From the IMG/VR virus record IMGVR_UViG_3300032216_001520, positions 1 through 49,590 of that record: a stretch of 49,590 nt of DNA. The stretch is one strand, 5' to 3'. Origin of the DNA: a virus. Lineage: Duplodnaviria > Caudoviricetes. Within the stretch, counting starts at the first letter, position 1. Every line of letters begins with the position of its first letter. Shown here in pieces: positions 27,462 through 35,600 of the stretch. The notes under the pieces are model-generated. The model was not told where the DNA came from. It searched no databases and saw only the letters and a program-made list of their open reading frames with translations. The translations under genes were made by a program, and so were the position numbers.

Positions 27462-30242
27462 ATGGCAAATACAGTATCAACTATAAGTTATGCCAATACA
27501 TTTGGTCAATGGATGATTGCGACAGATGCTCTTATTGGTGAAAACAATACATTAGCAAAAGGCGATTATACAAAAGATACGGGTACAATTTATCTTTCTG
27601 AAACAACCAAAAACGCATTACAATCAAACGGTAATATCGTTGTTCAAAAAGAACTTCTGGTTCAAGGTCCAGGTTCATCTGCCACCATCGATAATAATTT
27701 GACAGCTTATGGTCAAGTTTATTTTTCGAATAGTATATTAGGTTTAACAAACTCTGGTCAAGCAAATATTAATGGTCTTTTGGTTGCACAAGGACCAAAT
27801 ACAGGTCTATATGTTGCTAATTCCGCTTATGTTGGTGGTAATACAACAATCGCTTACAATACAATAACAAATACTGTACAAGCCAATTCATCTGTTGTAA
27901 CTGGTTCATTAAAAGCCAATACAAATGTACTTACAGGTTCATTACAAGCTAACACAAATGTACTTACAGGTTCATTACAGGCAAATACATCTGTTTTGAC
28001 CGGTGCATTAACTTCAAACACTTCTGTATTAACCGACACACTACAATCTAGCACATCGATTGTAACTAGTATTCTACAAGCCAATACATCTATTGTGACT
28101 GGCACAGTAAAAGCTAACACCTCTATTATGACTGATGTATTACAAGCAAATACGTCAACAAATACACAAATCTCTAGTGTAACACAATCAGCCTATGCTG
28201 ATAAGGTACAAGCTAATACTTCTATCTTGACTGGTACATTACAAGCTAATACTTCAACCAATACCGCCACAGCTTCTGTAGCTGGTACCACATTCACAAA
28301 AGTATTACAAGCAAACACATCAATTAATACTCCAATTATTTCTGTTTCAAATAGTGTAATTGCAAATGATGTTAAAGCAAACAATATAATCAGTACACCA
28401 TCTTTATTAAGTGATACAATTACCGCTAATACCAGTGCATCAGTACCAACACTTACTGTTAGCACAAAGCTTGATGGTAATAATGCAGCTGTATTTGTTA
28501 ACAGTTTACAAGTACAAGGCGGTGGCTTAAGTGTTAATGGTAATTTCACACTTACTGGTACAACAGTTTACGCTTCAAATACATTCCAATTAAGTACTGG
28601 TGTAACATCTGCTATTTCTAGTTATATACAAGTTGACCGTGGTTCTTCTGGTGTAAATGCAGCGATTCGTTGGAGTGAACCTTCATTGTATTGGGAAACA
28701 CTTGATGTAACAGGTAATATCTATTCTCGTATTATTACTGAAAGTTACTTGGCAAACCAAACAGGTTCTTATGCAAATACAGCATTTATAAAGGCAAATT
28801 CTGCATACCAGTCACAGAATACAACTGGTGTGTATGCTAATTCGGCGTTCTCTGCAGCAAATTCAGCCAGTTTGTATGCTAATGCTGCTTTTATACAGGC
28901 AAATTCTGCTTTTGCTGCTGCGAATAACGTAGCACCACAACTTCAGCCAACTTTCTTACAAGCAAATTCTGCTTTCATCAAAGCAAACTCGGCTTATGAA
29001 TCACAGAACACAACTGGTGTATATGCTAACTCAGCATTCTCCTCAGCAAATTCAGCCAGTTTGTATGCCAATTCTGCTTTCTTACAGGCAAACGCAGCAT
29101 TTGCATCGGCCAACAACGTAGCACCACAAGTTCAACCGATTTTCAATCAGGCAAATGCTGCATTTATCAAAGCAAACTCAGCTTATGCCTTGGCAAATAC
29201 ATTTGCAAACACATTTGTTGGTACTACAGGTTCTGTTTCACAGAGTTCTGGTGTAATTTCATTCTCAAGTAATAATGGTTTAACTATTGTTGCCACTTCT
29301 GCTAACAATTTAGCAATCAGTACATCACAAGACCTGAGAACAACTGGTTCACCTACATTTGTTGGTGCAACATTCAGTCAACCAGTTATTGCCACTACGA
29401 TGGCTACAAGTACATCAAATACTGCTCTGGCCACAACGGCATATGTACAGAATTTGACAAATAATTCTGGTACATTGACCACAAATATTACAGGTAATTC
29501 TGGAACAGTAACCAATGGTGTTTATGTAAATGGTTCTTATGCTGATCCATCTTGGATAACATCTCTTGCCAATACAAAAATAACTGGTGTGATGACTGCT
29601 GGCCAGTTGGCGACTACATCAGTTGCAGCCGCATCATATGGTTCAGCAAGTTACGTATCTAGATTTACTGTTGATGCACAAGGTCGTCTAACATCAGCAA
29701 ACTCTGTGGCAATCGCAATTGCTTCTGGTGCTGTTTCTGGTTTGGCCACATCAGCCACAACAGACACGACAAACGCAACTAATATTACTTCCGGTACATT
29801 ATCTGCAGCAAGATTGCAATACACTATGGACCAAGCGGTAGCAACAGGATCCAATGTCCAACACAATTCTATAGGTGTTGGTACGGCTGCTACGGGTACT
29901 GCTGGTGAGATTCGAGCAACAAATGAGATTACGGCCTATTATAATACTTCGGATAGGAGACTGAAGGAAAACTTAATTCCTTTGGAAGATATTTTAGATG
30001 ATTTAATTGAATTATCAACATATTACTTTAATTATAAAACTAGACCAGGTAAACAAATGATTGGTGTTATGGCTCAAGATTTAATGCAAAAATTCCCTGA
30101 ATTGGTATATGAAACAGCTCCGTTGGATGAAAATACTGGTTTGGAAAAAATCTATGCTGTTAATTATGAATTGTTATCGGTTCTTGTGTTACAAGGTTTG
30201 AGAGATTTGACTAAAGAAGTTCGGGCATTGAAGAATTCCTAA
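27462..30242 (+). CDS. Tail fibre protein with C-terminal intramolecular chaperone (peptidase S74-like)
   Basis: ANTF.QW N-terminus, repeat-rich shaft, VDAQGR.T motif, EITAYY.SDRRLKEN cleavage motif, IGVMAQD, VNYE, terminal coiled coil. Confidence 0.85.
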   Translation: MANTVSTISYANTFGQWMIATDALIGENNTLAKGDYTKDTGTIYLSETTKNALQSNGNIVVQKELLVQGPGSSATIDNNLTAYGQVYFSNSILGLTNSGQANINGLLVAQGPNTGLYVANSAYVGGNTTIAYNTITNTVQANSSVVTGSLKANTNVLTGSLQANTNVLTGSLQANTSVLTGALTSNTSVLTDTLQSSTSIVTSILQANTSIVTGTVKANTSIMTDVLQANTSTNTQISSVTQSAYADKVQANTSILTGTLQANTSTNTATASVAGTTFTKVLQANTSINTPIISVSNSVIANDVKANNIISTPSLLSDTITANTSASVPTLTVSTKLDGNNAAVFVNSLQVQGGGLSVNGNFTLTGTTVYASNTFQLSTGVTSAISSYIQVDRGSSGVNAAIRWSEPSLYWETLDVTGNIYSRIITESYLANQTGSYANTAFIKANSAYQSQNTTGVYANSAFSAANSASLYANAAFIQANSAFAAANNVAPQLQPTFLQANSAFIKANSAYESQNTTGVYANSAFSSANSASLYANSAFLQANAAFASANNVAPQVQPIFNQANAAFIKANSAYALANTFANTFVGTTGSVSQSSGVISFSSNNGLTIVATSANNLAISTSQDLRTTGSPTFVGATFSQPVIATTMATSTSNTALATTAYVQNLTNNSGTLTTNITGNSGTVTNGVYVNGSYADPSWITSLANTKITGVMTAGQLATTSVAAASYGSASYVSRFTVDAQGRLTSANSVAIAIASGAVSGLATSATTDTTNATNITSGTLSAARLQYTMDQAVATGSNVQHNSIGVGTAATGTAGEIRATNEITAYYNTSDRRLKENLIPLEDILDDLIELSTYYFNYKTRPGKQMIGVMAQDLMQKFPELVYETAPLDENTGLEKIYAVNYELLSVLVLQGLRDLTKEVRALKNS
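27875..28330 (+). repeat. Coding 33-bp / 11-aa tandem repeats (GSLQANTSVLT type)
   Basis: GSLKANTNVLT, GSLQANTNVLT, GSLQANTSVLT, GALTSNTSVLT... visible in protein and DNA; boundaries approximate. Confidence 0.85.
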
Positions 30243-30311
30243 AATTTCGAAATTTTGCGTTCCGGCCCGAGAATTTTCTCCGACAGCTTCAGGATTCCAA
30301 AAAGTGAATCC
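30241..30311. other. Intergenic element with three inverted repeats and a GC-rich core
   Basis: AAAATTTCGAAATTTT perfect palindrome (30241-30256); GAGAA-TT-TTCTC (30269-30280); GGATTC-N8-GAATCC (30292-30311). Confidence 0.7.
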
Positions 30312-30320
30312 ACTCTTAGA

Positions 30321-30327
30321 CTAAATA
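30321..30327 (+). promoter_or_regulatory. Late promoter (CTAAATA)
   Basis: Intergenic, 23 nt before the ATG at 30351. Confidence 0.65.
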
Positions 30328-30350
30328 TTAGATAACTATAACAAAAAATT

Positions 30351-30692
30351 ATGTCAGCAGCTTACACCGAACTATTCTTAGAACAAGGAACAGATTTTTA
30401 CACCTCCATTACGTTGGATGATGTAAATGGTGACCCATATGATTTGACAGGTGTTGCTGCCAAAGGCCAAATCAAGAAATCTTACTATTCTACCAACGAA
30501 ACCTCACATTTTACAATAACGATTAATGATCCACCAACGGGTGTCATTAATATGTCTGTACCATCAGCAAACACAGCTAATATTGCTGCGGGTCGTTATG
30601 TTTATGACGTAATTATTAAAGATACTGCAAATAATGTGACGAGGGTTCTGGAAGGTATCGTGAATGTTATACCACAAGTTAGTAAATTTTAA
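30351..30692 (+). CDS. Virion structural protein, Ig-like (BppU-N-like) adaptor
   Basis: L.LEQG.DF, P.DLTG, Q.KKSY.S, GRYVYDV, RVLEG.V.V.P.V pattern common in T4-like fibre clusters. Confidence 0.7.
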   Translation: MSAAYTELFLEQGTDFYTSITLDDVNGDPYDLTGVAAKGQIKKSYYSTNETSHFTITINDPPTGVINMSVPSANTANIAAGRYVYDVIIKDTANNVTRVLEGIVNVIPQVSKF

Positions 30693-30701
30693 GGTATAGA
30701 G

Positions 30702-30926
30702 ATGCCAGCGAATCCAATTAATACAATCAGAGTCCAAGTAGGAAACCAATTTGGACCAACAGTCCGTAATATTGCTTACGGCACCAAGACACTCAAAAGT
30801 GCCACAGACTTGTCTTTGGCTGGTGCTCAAGACGGAGATGTTATTGCCTATAATGCTGCGAATAACAATTTCTATGTAACAAATTCCACAACAAATCTTG
30901 CGGATATAGATGCGGGGTTCTTTTAA
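30702..30926 (+). CDS. Small fibre connector ending IDAGFF
   Basis: L....D.....QDGDVI.Y trimerisation-like motif; C-terminal DAGFF. Confidence 0.7.
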   Translation: MPANPINTIRVQVGNQFGPTVRNIAYGTKTLKSATDLSLAGAQDGDVIAYNAANNNFYVTNSTTNLADIDAGFF

Positions 30927-31121
30927 ATGGCAAATACGACCATTCAGATTCTCCGTTCTTATAACCATGATGCACCAAATACACTACATGACGGTGAATT
31001 AGCATATTCATTCACTTCAAACACACTATATATTGGTAACAATGCCAATGGGGTAATCGCTATTGCTGGTGAGGGTTATATTGCTAACGTAATTAATCCA
31101 ATTGACGGTGGCAGTTTTTAA
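30927..31121 (+). CDS. Minimal Mtd_N/hyaluronidase-N-like domain protein ending IDGGSF (64 aa)
   Basis: IQILRS....P..L.DGELAYS...NTLYIG plus DGGSF. Confidence 0.75.
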   Translation: MANTTIQILRSYNHDAPNTLHDGELAYSFTSNTLYIGNNANGVIAIAGEGYIANVINPIDGGSF

Positions 31122-31127
31122 TAAATA
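31121..31127 (+). promoter_or_regulatory. Late promoter (ATAAATA)
   Basis: Intergenic, upstream of 31161. Confidence 0.6.
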
Positions 31128-31160
31128 GAAGAATAACTATAATAATAAAAGGGAATAAAA

Positions 31161-31385
31161 ATGACTTACACTCATAATCCAGCAGATCCAATGGTGGTTT
31201 TGGCAACAACAGCCAAGTCATTAGTTGACCAATTCAATTCCAAAGCAATCACATTACAACAATTTAAAGATTCTATGAATGCACAAGTTGTTCCTAATGT
31301 GGCTGGTTTGAATAAGAGTAGCAAGAATGACGATGCATGGCATACAATCTGTAATGCTGTGGCAATGGTCGGCGCTCCAGACTAA
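31161..31385 (+). CDS. Small helical hypothetical protein (paralog of 34616)
   Basis: SD AAGGG; shares TAxSLxxQxNSxxITxxxF/YxxSM with 34616. Confidence 0.7.
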   Translation: MTYTHNPADPMVVLATTAKSLVDQFNSKAITLQQFKDSMNAQVVPNVAGLNKSSKNDDAWHTICNAVAMVGAPD

Positions 31386-31425
31386 TAACAAAAAATCTAC
31401 AAAACAATAATAATAAGGGTAGAAA

Positions 31426-34400
31426 ATGGCATCCAATACACAAATCTTCATTAAACGCTCCTTAGCGAATACCACACCTGGTAATTTACATATAGGTGAG
31501 TTAGCATATTCATATGCATCCAATACCCTGTTTATTGGCGCTAACACTGCTACAGGTCCTGGTTACTACAAAATTGGTGGTGAATACTATACCAATATTA
31601 TTGATTCGGCAACTTCAGCCAATACACCAGACACACTAGTAATCAGAGATGGTAACGGTGACTTTGCCGCAGGTAATGTTACTGCCGCTTACTTTATTGG
31701 TGATGGTTCTGCTCTTACCGGTTTGGTTACAAACCTGACTGTTGATGGTGATTCTGGTGGTCCAAATACTATCAATCTGTTAACAGACACACTAACAATC
31801 GCTGGTGGTGAAGGTTTAACGTCAAATGTTGATGGCAATACAATAACTTTAGATGTTGATGACACAGTTGTTCGTTCTAATACAGAAGGTGCTTCACAAC
31901 ACATCAACACAGACGTTCAAATTTCTGGCAATTTGACTGTTCAGGGTACTACAACATATGTAGAATCACAAATCAATCAAACAAACGATTCGTTAATTGA
32001 ACTTGCTGCCAACAACACAATTGGTGACGTACTTGATATTGGTTTCTACGGCAAACACGAAGGTGCTGATGGTACAGTTGTAACCGGTTTGGTTCGTAAC
32101 GCTGGTACATCAGACTTCTATTTGTTTGATAATATTGCTCTGGGTGACCAAGAAAACTTAACATCCAATATCATTACACAAAGTGCTTTGTCTGCCAACG
32201 GTGCATCATTGTATGCTAAGCAATTCTTTGCTGCTGATATGGGTCAAGATGGCGGTTATGCTTTCAATACGGCTTCAAATACCGGTTTATTCTCAGACGT
32301 AAATGATTCAGATATCTATTTGACTATTAATGGCGACAAAGTTCTGAATGCTAATAATGAACTGAATAATTATTCACTAGGTCAATTTGCCGGTGAAATC
32401 GACCAGTCTGAAGGTGCAATTGCTGTTGGTTATTATGCTGGTAATGAATCACAAAATTACAATGCTATTGCTATCGGTAAACTTGCTGGTAACTACCAAC
32501 AATCAGGTAATTCAGTTTCAATTGGCGCACATGCTGGTAACTATCAACAAGATATATCTGCTGTTGCAATTGGTGCTGGTGCAGGTGAAACAAGTCAATC
32601 ATTTAGTGGCGTAGCTATCGGTCGTTGGGCTGGTCAAGATAGTCAAGGTTGGGATTCAGTTGCCGTTGGTCGTAGAGCAGGTCGTGTATCTCAAGGTGAT
32701 TACTCTGTTGCCATGGGTTGGGCTGCTGGTGTAGATTATCAAGGATATGGTGCTGTTGCAATTGGTGAATTAAGTGGTTCTGGTAACCAAGGCGGATATG
32801 CTGTTGCAATTGGTTCTGAAGCAGGTAATACATCACAAGGATGGGGTGCTACCGCAATTGGTAGAAGTGCTGGTAATTCAAATCAAGGAACAGTTGCAAC
32901 TGCTATTGGTTCAGATGCTGGTCGTTATGACCAGGGTAGAAATTCTGTTGCTATTGGTCGTAGGACTGGTGAAACAACACAAGGCGAATATTCAGTTGCA
33001 TTAGGTAATAGAGCAGGTCAATACCAACAAGGTAATAATGCAATTGCAATCGGTTCACTTGCTGGTCAAGAAAACCAACATGAAAATTCTATTGTTCTGA
33101 ATGCTTCTGGTGACGAATTGAATGGTAGTCAAGATGCTGGTCTTTACATTGATCCAATCCGTGCTAACAATGCAACAGGTGGTAATGTTACTGCTTACAA
33201 CACATCAACTAAAGAACTTGTTTCTACTGATGTAACAATCAATAACTCTGGTATCACATTAGCAAACGGTACAGTCATCTCTGATGGTGAATCTGGTCTG
33301 TTTGTTGATTCACTCAATGTTGCTGTAACAGCAAATGTTGCTTATTATAATGCTGTGACGCATGAAATTACATATGGAGCAGCAGCATCAGGAAATGCAA
33401 TTTCAAATGGCGCACACACTTGGACTGTTTCTGCTGACACAGGTGCAATATATTCTGATTTGGGCACAGCACTTGCTTGCTCAGCAAATAGTGTTCTACT
33501 CGGTAACAATATAGATTACACAAACGATAATTATGGTCGTGTTGCAATTGGTATTGATGCTGCTGCTTCAGGTCAAAATAGTGGTTCTGTTGCAATTGGT
33601 GAAGGTGCTGGTAATTCAAATCAAAACTATGATTCAGTTGCAGTCGGTCATAATGCCGGTAATACCAATCAAAACTACTTTGCTACTGCTGTAGGTTACA
33701 ATGCTGGTCAAGGTTATCAAGGTACAAACTCTGTTGCTATCGGTCATGCTGCCGCTCAAAATTACCAAGATGGTAGTTCTGTTGCAGTAGGTTTTGCTGC
33801 TGGTAATGACCATCAAGGTTATCAAGCAGTTGCTGTTGGTCGCCGTGCTGGTCGTACTTATCAAGGTGATTATTCAACAGCTATTGGTACTTATGCTGGT
33901 CAAGACACTCAAAACCAATATGCTGTGGCAGTAGGTTATCAAGCAGGTCAAACTCATCAAGGCCATGGCGCAATCGCTATCGGTGACACCGCTGGTAATA
34001 ATTATCAAAGCACAGATACTATTGCAATCGGTACTTATGCCGGTGAAAATTCTGCAAACACTAACGGCTGGGCACCTATTGCCATCGGTCGTTATGCTGG
34101 TCAAGAATATGCCGGTTCACAATCCGTTTCGATTGGTAACCGTGCCGGTGCTAATAACATAGGTTATCATGCAGTTGCTTTAGGTCATTACGCTGGTAAT
34201 GAAGGTTTAGGTGATTATGGTATTGCAATTGGTGATAATGCTGGTTATACGGCAGGTGAAGGCACTATCATAATGGGTTCCGATGCTGGTTATCAAGCAA
34301 ATAATTACTCTATCGCAATCGGTCACGAAGCAGGTTACTACGCTAGTACATCTGGATTAGGTGATTATCAGATTGCTCTTGGTTATCGTGCAGCGTATGA

Positions 34401-34590
34401 CCACGGTTTCAACAACAGTATTGTATTGAATGCTTCTGGTTCGGATTTGAGTGCTAGTGCATCTGGTTTGTATGTCAATCCAATCCGTTATACTGAAACT
34501 CAAGACAATACATATGATGGTTTGGTGTTCTATAACTCTGATACAAAAGAAGTTCGTTACTCATATGCATTAGATGGCGGTTCATTCTAA
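31426..34590 (+). CDS. Long fibre/adhesin: Mtd_N-like N-terminus, two YadA-head-like repeat tracts, C-terminal DGGSF
   Basis: IFIKRS...GELAYSY; 14-aa (S/A)VAIGxxAGxxxQG repeats; ends YALDGGSF. Confidence 0.85.
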   Translation: MASNTQIFIKRSLANTTPGNLHIGELAYSYASNTLFIGANTATGPGYYKIGGEYYTNIIDSATSANTPDTLVIRDGNGDFAAGNVTAAYFIGDGSALTGLVTNLTVDGDSGGPNTINLLTDTLTIAGGEGLTSNVDGNTITLDVDDTVVRSNTEGASQHINTDVQISGNLTVQGTTTYVESQINQTNDSLIELAANNTIGDVLDIGFYGKHEGADGTVVTGLVRNAGTSDFYLFDNIALGDQENLTSNIITQSALSANGASLYAKQFFAADMGQDGGYAFNTASNTGLFSDVNDSDIYLTINGDKVLNANNELNNYSLGQFAGEIDQSEGAIAVGYYAGNESQNYNAIAIGKLAGNYQQSGNSVSIGAHAGNYQQDISAVAIGAGAGETSQSFSGVAIGRWAGQDSQGWDSVAVGRRAGRVSQGDYSVAMGWAAGVDYQGYGAVAIGELSGSGNQGGYAVAIGSEAGNTSQGWGATAIGRSAGNSNQGTVATAIGSDAGRYDQGRNSVAIGRRTGETTQGEYSVALGNRAGQYQQGNNAIAIGSLAGQENQHENSIVLNASGDELNGSQDAGLYIDPIRANNATGGNVTAYNTSTKELVSTDVTINNSGITLANGTVISDGESGLFVDSLNVAVTANVAYYNAVTHEITYGAAASGNAISNGAHTWTVSADTGAIYSDLGTALACSANSVLLGNNIDYTNDNYGRVAIGIDAAASGQNSGSVAIGEGAGNSNQNYDSVAVGHNAGNTNQNYFATAVGYNAGQGYQGTNSVAIGHAAAQNYQDGSSVAVGFAAGNDHQGYQAVAVGRRAGRTYQGDYSTAIGTYAGQDTQNQYAVAVGYQAGQTHQGHGAIAIGDTAGNNYQSTDTIAIGTYAGENSANTNGWAPIAIGRYAGQEYAGSQSVSIGNRAGANNIGYHAVALGHYAGNEGLGDYGIAIGDNAGYTAGEGTIIMGSDAGYQANNYSIAIGHEAGYYASTSGLGDYQIALGYRAAYDHGFNNSIVLNASGSDLSASASGLYVNPIRYTETQDNTYDGLVFYNSDTKEVRYSYALDGGSF
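32371..33110 (+). repeat. Coding 42-bp / 14-aa beta-roll repeats, tract 1
   Basis: Repeated xVAIGxxAGxxxQG units; boundaries approximate. Confidence 0.85.
33490..34440 (+). repeat. Coding 42-bp / 14-aa beta-roll repeats, tract 2
   Basis: Same unit; both tracts close with NSIVLNASG...GLYxxPIR; boundaries approximate. Confidence 0.85.
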
Positions 34591-34615
34591 TCATTAATAA
34601 TCAAAGGAAAATAAA

Positions 34616-34843
34616 ATGGCAATCTCAGCTAACACACTAGGTGATACAGCGACTTCTTTAATGAGTCAATTAAATTCTGGCACAATCACATTTGAAAATT
34701 ACCGTACTTCTATGAGTTCGGTAATTGAATCTGCGAAAAATAATGAAGAGTTTAAAAATGAAGACAACGCAGAAGCAATTCATAATGTGAATATTGCTAT
34801 TCGTTTAACTCAAGGTGAAGCACCATCAACTCGTAGAAGGTAA
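34616..34843 (+). CDS. Small helical hypothetical protein (paralog of 31161)
   Basis: SD AAGGA; shared motif with 31161. Confidence 0.7.
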   Translation: MAISANTLGDTATSLMSQLNSGTITFENYRTSMSSVIESAKNNEEFKNEDNAEAIHNVNIAIRLTQGEAPSTRRR

Positions 34844-34885
34844 TTTTTTGTTGTCTATATAATGTATTAATAATAGGAGTTTGAG

Positions 34886-35596
34886 ATGAGTCAGGAAAAG
34901 TATAGCACATATTATGTTGAGTTGTTGACATCCACATTTAATGACCAGATTCTTCAAAACCTTTCACTAAAAGCCAACGCAAAGGTTAATGCTGAAATTT
35001 TTGAAGAAGTCTCTAAAGGTTATCAGACATTATTGGATGAAAACAATTCTTTAAAATTGGAAAAAGAGAAATCTTTATCTGAGAAAGAATCTGCAAAAAA
35101 TGGTGAGATTGAAAATTTAAAGAAACAACTTGTTGATTTACAGGCTTCTAAGAATAATGAAATAGAAAAATTAAGGCAACAAGTTTCTCAAACTCAAGCG
35201 ACTAAAAATAATGATGTGAATGAACTCATTAAGAAGAATACGGAACAATTGCAGCAGGTTCAATCAACCAAAAATAATGAAATCCAAGAACTGAATAAAA
35301 CGATTGTTGGTTTGAGAGATGAGATTACCAAAGCAGGTTTGATTCGTACCGAATATGATAAGTTGAAACATCAATTAAGTCATATGGATACTTTTAGAAC
35401 ACAATTGGTTGAACTCCAGAAATTGGTTGAAGAAAAGAATGCCACGATTGATGATTTAAATTCTCAGATTGAAACCTTGAAAACTATTCCTACTACTCCT
35501 GTGAAGCGAAAGAAAAGTAATATTGAAAAAATGATTACAGTTGAACCAGAGGCAACTCTTTTTGCAGACGAAACAAGGGACGGCGGAAGTTTTTAA
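34886..35596 (+). CDS. Lys/Glu-rich coiled-coil protein ending RDGGSF
   Basis: SD AGGAG; ~18-aa KNNEI repeats; C-terminal DGGSF. Confidence 0.8.
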   Translation: MSQEKYSTYYVELLTSTFNDQILQNLSLKANAKVNAEIFEEVSKGYQTLLDENNSLKLEKEKSLSEKESAKNGEIENLKKQLVDLQASKNNEIEKLRQQVSQTQATKNNDVNELIKKNTEQLQQVQSTKNNEIQELNKTIVGLRDEITKAGLIRTEYDKLKHQLSHMDTFRTQLVELQKLVEEKNATIDDLNSQIETLKTIPTTPVKRKKSNIEKMITVEPEATLFADETRDGGSF

Positions 35597-35600
35597 GTAA

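Noticed and set aside
34845-34880. Full sigma70 promoter before the coiled-coil gene
   Set aside because: TATAAT is present at 34858, but there is no recognisable -35 at 16-18 bp; not called as a feature.
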